Shown here one piece after another: positions 58,477 to 64,000 of a stretch of DNA of 64,000 bases. The DNA lies in assembly GCA_038145175.1 (NCBI GenBank), contig JAYQPE010000002.1:21048-85047 (forward strand), read 5' to 3'. The notes under the pieces are model-generated. The model saw only the letters and a program-made list of their open reading frames with translations, was not told the origin of the DNA and made no database searches. The stretch's first letter is position 1; each line of letters opens with the position of its first letter. The DNA comes from Actinomycetes bacterium (lineage in GTDB: Bacteria > Actinomycetota > Actinomycetes > S36-B12 > UBA5976). A program made the position numbers and the translations under genes.

Positions 58477-60066
58477 TTGACTAAGAAAAAAGTTATTGTG
58501 CTGCCCGTAAAATATGTAGCTGCAGGTCCAGGAGATCCTCAACTTATTACTTTACGTGGCATTAATGCAATTAAAGAAGCAGAATTAATTATTGCTGATG
58601 TAAACACTATGGAAATTGCTACAACTCATGCAAATGAAAACGCAGATGTAGTTGCAGCAGTTGATGAAGATGGTGTACCGATGGCACCAGCTGTTAGAGC
58701 ACGCATTGCAATTGATGCTGCCAAGGAAGGTGCAGTAGTTGTAAGACTTTGCGCAGGAGATCCTGTAGTTGAAGATGGTTTGTCTGTTGAAGTTTCCACA
58801 TTAGCTAAATCAAAAATTGAATTTGAATATATTCCTGGAGTTTCACCAATTACTGCAGTTCCAACACATGCTGGAATTTCACTTTTTGCAAACAAAGGAA
58901 AAGAAGTTCACATTATCAATGGTTCTGAACCAATTGATTGGTCACTTCATTTAGATCCAAATATTCCAATTGTAATTATTAACGCAGCAGATAAGGCACC
59001 AGCAATTGCAAGTGCGCTAATTGCTCGCGGCAGAGATGCAGCAACACCAATTTCTGTAACACGTGATGGAAGTACGACAGATCAAAGAACAATTGTTTCA
59101 ACCTTAGAAAATATTGCGGTAGTTGCAAAAGCTGCCAGACAATCTGGTCCGGGTGTAATTGTTGTGGGAGATGCAATTAATCACCGCGATAAATATCAAT
59201 GGTTTGAAAATAAACCTCTATTTGGTTGGAAAGTACTAGTTCCACGAACCAAAGAAGATTCAGAAGATTTTCAAAAAATGTTGGCAGTTTATGGAGCAGT
59301 TTCAAATGAAGTACCCACAATTTCTGTAGAACCACCAAGAACTCCACAACAAATGGAAAGAGCAGTTCATGGCTTAGTATCTGGAAGATTTCAATGGGTT
59401 GTCTTTACAAGTACAAATGCAGTAAGGGCTGTAAAAGATAAATTTATTGATTATGGTTTAGATGCAAGAGCTTTTGCTGGTTTAAAAGTTGCAGCAATTG
59501 GTCAACAAGTAATTGATGCTTTAGTTGAATTTGGTGTTAAACCAGATTTATTTCCAACTAAAGAACATAATTCAGAAGGATTATTAGAAGTATGGCCAAA
59601 ATATGATCAAGTGCTTGATCCAATTAACCGCGTATTTTTACCAAGAGCAGATATTGCAACTGAAACTTTAGTTGAGGGCATGCAAGCTAAAGGTTGGGAA
59701 GTAGAAGACATAGTTGCATTTAGGACTGTTAGAGCAGCACCACCTCCAGCACACACTAGAGAACAAATTAAAACCGGTGGTTTTGATGCAGTGTTATTTA
59801 CTTCTGCAAGCACAGTTAGAAATCTTGTAGGAATTGCAGGAAAACCGCACGCTTCAACAGTGGTTGCAGTAATTGGACCACAAACCGCACAAGCTGCACA
59901 AGAACATGGTTTAAGAGTTGATGTGCAAGCAGAGTCTCCAAATGTTTCAATACTTATTGATGCACTTGCAGAACATGGAGAAAAACTACGTTTAGCTGCA
60001 ATCGAAAATGGCGATAACGTCTGGCGTCCAAGTAAACGTCGCAGTTCAATGCGTCGTAGACACTAA
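58477..60066 (+). CDS. hemD: fused tetrapyrrole methylase-like / uroporphyrinogen-III synthase protein (CobA-HemD, Rv0511-like)
   Basis: The N-terminus is a TP-methylase fold (AAGPGDPQLITLRG, RLCAGDP, IPGVSP). The C-terminus is HEM4-like (WKVLVPRT...VFTSTNAVRA...LFTSASTVRN). It has a TTG start after AGGAAAGG. Confidence 0.82.
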   Translation: MTKKKVIVLPVKYVAAGPGDPQLITLRGINAIKEAELIIADVNTMEIATTHANENADVVAAVDEDGVPMAPAVRARIAIDAAKEGAVVVRLCAGDPVVEDGLSVEVSTLAKSKIEFEYIPGVSPITAVPTHAGISLFANKGKEVHIINGSEPIDWSLHLDPNIPIVIINAADKAPAIASALIARGRDAATPISVTRDGSTTDQRTIVSTLENIAVVAKAARQSGPGVIVVGDAINHRDKYQWFENKPLFGWKVLVPRTKEDSEDFQKMLAVYGAVSNEVPTISVEPPRTPQQMERAVHGLVSGRFQWVVFTSTNAVRAVKDKFIDYGLDARAFAGLKVAAIGQQVIDALVEFGVKPDLFPTKEHNSEGLLEVWPKYDQVLDPINRVFLPRADIATETLVEGMQAKGWEVEDIVAFRTVRAAPPPAHTREQIKTGGFDAVLFTSASTVRNLVGIAGKPHASTVVAVIGPQTAQAAQEHGLRVDVQAESPNVSILIDALAEHGEKLRLAAIENGDNVWRPSKRRSSMRRRH

Positions 60067-60075
60067 GAAATAGTT

Positions 60076-60717
60076 ATGGCACAAAAAACCCAAGTCCACG
60101 TCTTAAGACATGGGGAAGTTTTTAACCCAGAAAAAATTCTTTATGGCAGATTACCTGGCTACAAACTTTCCGATCTTGGTTTAAAAATGGCCGAGCGTGC
60201 TGCCGATTTTTTTGCTGATAAAAATATCTCTCTAGTGGTTTCCTCACCTTTAGAAAGAGCTCAACAAACCGCTTTACCAACTGCAAAAAAACATAATTTG
60301 GGAATTGAAACTGATGATCTTTTGATTGAAGCAGAAAATGTATTTGAAGGTAAAAAAGTATCTGTTGGCGATGGAGCATTAAGAGAACCTAAGAATTGGT
60401 GGTATTTAAGAAATCCAATTACTCCATCTTGGGGAGAACCCTATAAAAAAGTTGCCCAAAGAATGCGCACCGCTATTTTTTCTGCACGTGATGTTGCTAA
60501 AGGTAAAGAAGCTTTACTTGTTTCACACCAATTACCAATTTGGATAGCAAGATTATCAGCTGAAGGTAGATCATTTGTGCATGATCCAAGAAAAAGACAA
60601 TGCAGTTTGGCAAGTGTCACCACATTTGTTTTTGATGGGGATTCATTAGTTGCAGTTGAATATCAAGAACCAGCGGCAGATCTGTTAAAAGATGCAAGCA
60701 AAATTTCTGGGGCGTAG
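60076..60717 (+). CDS. histidine phosphatase (phosphoglycerate mutase-like) family protein
   Basis: It has the RHG motif VLRHGEV and SSPLERAQQTA. It occupies the slot of Rv0525 upstream of the ccs genes. Confidence 0.8.
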   Translation: MAQKTQVHVLRHGEVFNPEKILYGRLPGYKLSDLGLKMAERAADFFADKNISLVVSSPLERAQQTALPTAKKHNLGIETDDLLIEAENVFEGKKVSVGDGALREPKNWWYLRNPITPSWGEPYKKVAQRMRTAIFSARDVAKGKEALLVSHQLPIWIARLSAEGRSFVHDPRKRQCSLASVTTFVFDGDSLVAVEYQEPAADLLKDASKISGA

Positions 60718-61270
60718 TTTTAAGTTATTAATTATTTCACTATTAATAACATCTTGCACAACGCCAGTTTCTAAAATTTCGAGTGATTCAGAATCCGGTT
60801 TTGTTTCAGGAGACGGTACTTCAGTTTTTTTAAAAAAGGCTGAAAGAAAATCAGCACCTGAATTAAAAAACCTTGAATTTTTATCTTCTGAAATAAATTT
60901 AAATAGTTTAAAAAATAAAGTTGTCTTGATAAATGTTTGGGGTTCATGGTGTAGCCCATGCAGAAAAGAAGCACCAGAATTAGAAGAGCTTTATTTAAAA
61001 AATAAAGCAAATAATGTGGAATTTATCGGCATAAATATAAGAGATTCAAAGATTTCAGCAAATAGATTTATTGAAAATTTTTCAATTACTTATCCTAATA
61101 TTTACGATAGAGATGGAAAACTTTTATTAGGTTACAAAGACTCACTTCCAGCAAATGCCATTCCTTCAACAATCTTGATTGATAAAAATGGTCTTGTTGC
61201 AGCAAGACAACTTGGGCCAATAGATAAATCATTAATTCAAGGTTTTATTTCAGAATTGGTTGAAGAATGA
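60692..61270 (+). CDS. resA: TlpA/ResA-type thiol-disulfide oxidoreductase lipoprotein
   Basis: The lipobox LITSC and the thioredoxin motif WGSWCSPCRKEAPEL are present. It overlaps the upstream gene by 26 nt. Confidence 0.85.
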   Translation: MQAKFLGRSFKLLIISLLITSCTTPVSKISSDSESGFVSGDGTSVFLKKAERKSAPELKNLEFLSSEINLNSLKNKVVLINVWGSWCSPCRKEAPELEELYLKNKANNVEFIGINIRDSKISANRFIENFSITYPNIYDRDGKLLLGYKDSLPANAIPSTILIDKNGLVAARQLGPIDKSLIQGFISELVEE

Positions 61271-61998
61271 ATTTGGTTACTGATGGTTCACTTTTCATAG
61301 CAATATTTGTAGCATTTTTTGCAGGAATTATTTCATTTCTTTCCCCATGCGTTTTACCTTTAGTTCCAGGTTATTTATCAGTAATTACTGGAATGAGTAT
61401 TAATCAAAATAAAAGAGTTACTAAATCAAAAGCAGTATTAGCTACTTTTTTATTTATACTCGGGTTTAGTTTGGTTTTTGTCTCTATCGGAATGTTTTTT
61501 GGAAGTTTAGGTGGATGGTTACTTTCAAATATTCAAATATTAGAAAGAATATTTGGAATTATAATAATATTCTTAGGTTTAAGTTATCTAGGATTTATTA
61601 ATTTATTAAACCAAGAATATAAATTTAAATTTAAAATTAAGCAAGGATTAGCAGGGGCTTTTATTTTAGGTTTTGTATTTTCTTTGGGATGGACACCTTG
61701 TATTGGTCCAACTTTGGCTGCAGTTCAATCATTAGCTTTTAGTGAAGCCACTTTGTTTAGAGGTGCCATTTTGTCTACTTTTTATTCTCTTGGTTTGGGA
61801 ATTCCATTTATAATATTGACAATTCTTTTTGAAAAATCTTTAAACACCGTTAAATGGTTAAGACAAAAACAAAAATTATTTATAACTATTGGGGGAGTTC
61901 TGTTAATAATTTTAGGACTTTTACTTGTGTCCGGTTTGTGGAATTTGGTAAGTATTGAATTAAGAGTATTTATGGCAGGATTTACCCCACTTTTATGA
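61267..61998 (+). CDS. ccdA: cytochrome c biogenesis thiol-reductant transporter CcdA
   Basis: It has 6 TM helices with the two conserved Cys motifs, LSPCVLPLVPGY and WTPCIGPTL. It starts with an ATGA overlap. Confidence 0.9.
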   Translation: MNLVTDGSLFIAIFVAFFAGIISFLSPCVLPLVPGYLSVITGMSINQNKRVTKSKAVLATFLFILGFSLVFVSIGMFFGSLGGWLLSNIQILERIFGIIIIFLGLSYLGFINLLNQEYKFKFKIKQGLAGAFILGFVFSLGWTPCIGPTLAAVQSLAFSEATLFRGAILSTFYSLGLGIPFIILTILFEKSLNTVKWLRQKQKLFITIGGVLLIILGLLLVSGLWNLVSIELRVFMAGFTPLL

Positions 61999-63527
61999 CT
62001 ACAAAACAAATATCGGCAAAGCAAAGAACTGAAACAGTTTTGCCACCTTTAAATTTTTTGGGCTTTATTAGATGGATGTGGCGTCAATTAACGAGTATGA
62101 ATACTGCCTTACTTTTACTTTTATTCGTTGCCCTAGCTGCAATTCCAGGTTCGATATTGCCGCAAAAAACTGCATCTTTAATCAGAGTAAACAACTGGAA
62201 AACCGAAAATCCAAATCTTGCAAATTTATTTGAAAGTCTGAGTTTTTTTGACGTATATGGATCTGTTTGGTTTTCGGCGATTTACATACTTTTAATGATT
62301 TCAATCATTGGATGCGTAATTCCCAGATTGAAAGTTTATTTTGAAAACTGGAGACAAAAGCCAACAAAGACACCTAGTGTAATAACAAAATTTTCAAATT
62401 ATCAAAAAGTAAAAATAAATAAATTTTCATTAAAAAAAATTGAAGAAATTGCAATAAGAAAAGGCTGGCGAACTTTTTTAAACAATAATTCTTTAACTAT
62501 TGAAAAAGGATTCAGCAGAGAAGCTGGTAATTTACTTTTTCATTTTAGTTTGATAATTATTACCGTGGCTCTTGCATTTGGTGCATTATTTAGTTATCGA
62601 GGCACTGTAGTTGTAAAAGAAAACACCGGTTTTTCAAACACAATAACCCAATATGACGATTTTAGAGCTGGTCGTTTCTTTTCTGAAATCCAATTACCAA
62701 ACTTCTTTTTTACATTAAATGACTTTGTTGTTGATTTTGAAAGAAGCGAAATTCAAAGAGGTGCTCCAAGAAAATTTGAAGCAAATATAACTTTAAATGG
62801 TGATGAAAATATTAATTTGTATGTTAATAAGCCCATTAATATTTCTGGAACTAAAATATTTTTAACAGGACACGGATATGCTCCAGTAATAACTGTTAAA
62901 GATAAAAATAATCAAATTATATTTTCAGATGCTGTAGTTTTCTTGCCGCAAGATGGAAATTTTTCGTCTACTGGAGTAGTGAAAATTCCTGATACTAATC
63001 CTCAACTAGGAATTGAAGCACGATTTTTACCAACTGCAATTGTTGATCCAGTTACTGGACCTACTTCCACATTTCCAGCTTTAGATAATCCTGAAATATT
63101 TATGTCGCTTTGGCAGGGTGATTTAGGAGTTAACTCAGGAATTTCCCAAAGTATTTATAAACTTGATACTTCGAAGATGACTCAAATTGGATTAGAGGAA
63201 TTAAAACCAGGTCAAACCTGGAATGCAGATAGTGGATTTGTGATTAGTTTTGATGAAGTTAAGCAGTTTGCATCATTTCAAATTGCTTACGAACCAGGTC
63301 GATTCTTGGCATTAGTAGGTGCAATTCTTGCCATGGTGGGCATGATTTTTGGTTTAGGCGTGCAAAGAAGAAAGATCTTTATCAAAATGCCAACTAAATC
63401 TTCATCTAGTAATGTTATTGAAATAGCAGGCATAGCAAAAGAAAATCATAACTTAGAGAAAGATATTTTGAAATTGCTGAATGATTTAGGTTTTAATAAA
63501 ACTAAAAAAGTTAGTAGAGAAATATGA
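61995..63527 (+). CDS. resB: cytochrome c biogenesis protein ResB/Ccs1 (System II)
   Basis: WRQLTSMNTALLLL, a large extracytoplasmic domain and a C-terminal TM segment are present. It starts with an ATGA overlap. Confidence 0.85.
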   Translation: MTTKQISAKQRTETVLPPLNFLGFIRWMWRQLTSMNTALLLLLFVALAAIPGSILPQKTASLIRVNNWKTENPNLANLFESLSFFDVYGSVWFSAIYILLMISIIGCVIPRLKVYFENWRQKPTKTPSVITKFSNYQKVKINKFSLKKIEEIAIRKGWRTFLNNNSLTIEKGFSREAGNLLFHFSLIIITVALAFGALFSYRGTVVVKENTGFSNTITQYDDFRAGRFFSEIQLPNFFFTLNDFVVDFERSEIQRGAPRKFEANITLNGDENINLYVNKPINISGTKIFLTGHGYAPVITVKDKNNQIIFSDAVVFLPQDGNFSSTGVVKIPDTNPQLGIEARFLPTAIVDPVTGPTSTFPALDNPEIFMSLWQGDLGVNSGISQSIYKLDTSKMTQIGLEELKPGQTWNADSGFVISFDEVKQFASFQIAYEPGRFLALVGAILAMVGMIFGLGVQRRKIFIKMPTKSSSSNVIEIAGIAKENHNLEKDILKLLNDLGFNKTKKVSREI

Positions 63528-64000
63528 ATTTAAATAATTTAAGTAACCTATTTGTTTATTTTTCAATATTTATTTTAGCTTTGAATTTAATTCTATTTTC
63601 AATTGCACTTACTCAAAAGAAAAAAAATAGAATAACAAATATTGCTATGAGCCTAACTTGGCTTGTTGGATTATTTTTAGTAATTGCTCTTATTCTTCGA
63701 GGAATTGCTGCCCAAAGAGCTCCTTGGGGAAACATGTATGAATTTGCTATTTCATCAGTTACAGCTGTAGTACTTACATTTTTATTTGTATCGATTAAGA
63801 AGAATATTCAATGGCTAGGAATTTTTATAACAGTCCCAGCAATTATTTTGTTGGGTCTGGCAGTAATTGTGTTATACACAGAATCTGGACCACTTGTTCC
63901 AGCACTTAAATCAACTTGGCTTTGGATTCACGTTAGTTCTGCAATTATTTCTTATGGTGCATTTTCTTTAAATTTTGGTTTATCAATTATTTATTTATTA
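63524..64000 (+). CDS. ccsB: cytochrome c assembly protein CcsB/ResC (System II heme handling), 3' end outside window
   Basis: My own translation from the ATG at 63524 (ATGA overlap with resB) is MNLNNLSNLFVYFSIFILAL...RGIAAQRAPWGNMYEFAIS...WLWIHVSSAIISYGAF. The ORF is open to the window end. Confidence 0.85.
   Translation, partial: MNLNNLSNLFVYFSIFILALNLILFSIALTQKKKNRITNIAMSLTWLVGLFLVIALILRGIAAQRAPWGNMYEFAISSVTAVVLTFLFVSIKKNIQWLGIFITVPAIILLGLAVIVLYTESGPLVPALKSTWLWIHVSSAIISYGAFSLNFGLSIIYLL

Overview
This window reads as a densely packed (about 90% coding), low-GC (about 40% by eye) chromosomal core region of an actinobacterium. Mycothiol genes (mshA, mshD), carD-ispD-ispF-cysS-rlmB, dacB-tilS-hpt-ftsH-folEPBK-panC...coaX-lysS...clpC, an XPB helicase pair, rex, and the resA-ccdA-resB-ccsB block follow the gene order I remember from Mycobacterium and Streptomyces. 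The low GC and extreme compaction suggest a streamlined freshwater lineage such as Nanopelagicales (acI), but that is inference only. I found one tRNA (Thr-UGU) and no rRNA, CRISPR array, transposase, integrase, prophage or recognisable defence system. Supported regulatory sites are two tandem CIRCE operators before groEL, a strong intrinsic terminator after groEL, a Rex operator before rex, and a stop-codon-spanning hairpin after a small HTH gene. The points most worth a second look are listed here.
- The hem locus looks decayed: rex is followed directly by a cobA/hemD fusion, hemA, hemC, hemB and hemL are absent from their expected slots, and cytochrome c maturation genes are retained.
- A eukaryote-like indoleamine 2,3-dioxygenase sits in a three-gene operon.
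- An XPB helicase is translationally coupled to a 752-aa partner of unknown function.
- A glutaredoxin-like ORF has no canonical start codon.
- A 41-codon Cys-rich ORF falls below the ORF-track cutoff.
- MshD carries a His-rich insertion.
All family names come from reading the translations and from memory of the families; nothing was searched. Start codons are best guesses. I see no convincing evidence for a wholly novel multi-gene system in this window.
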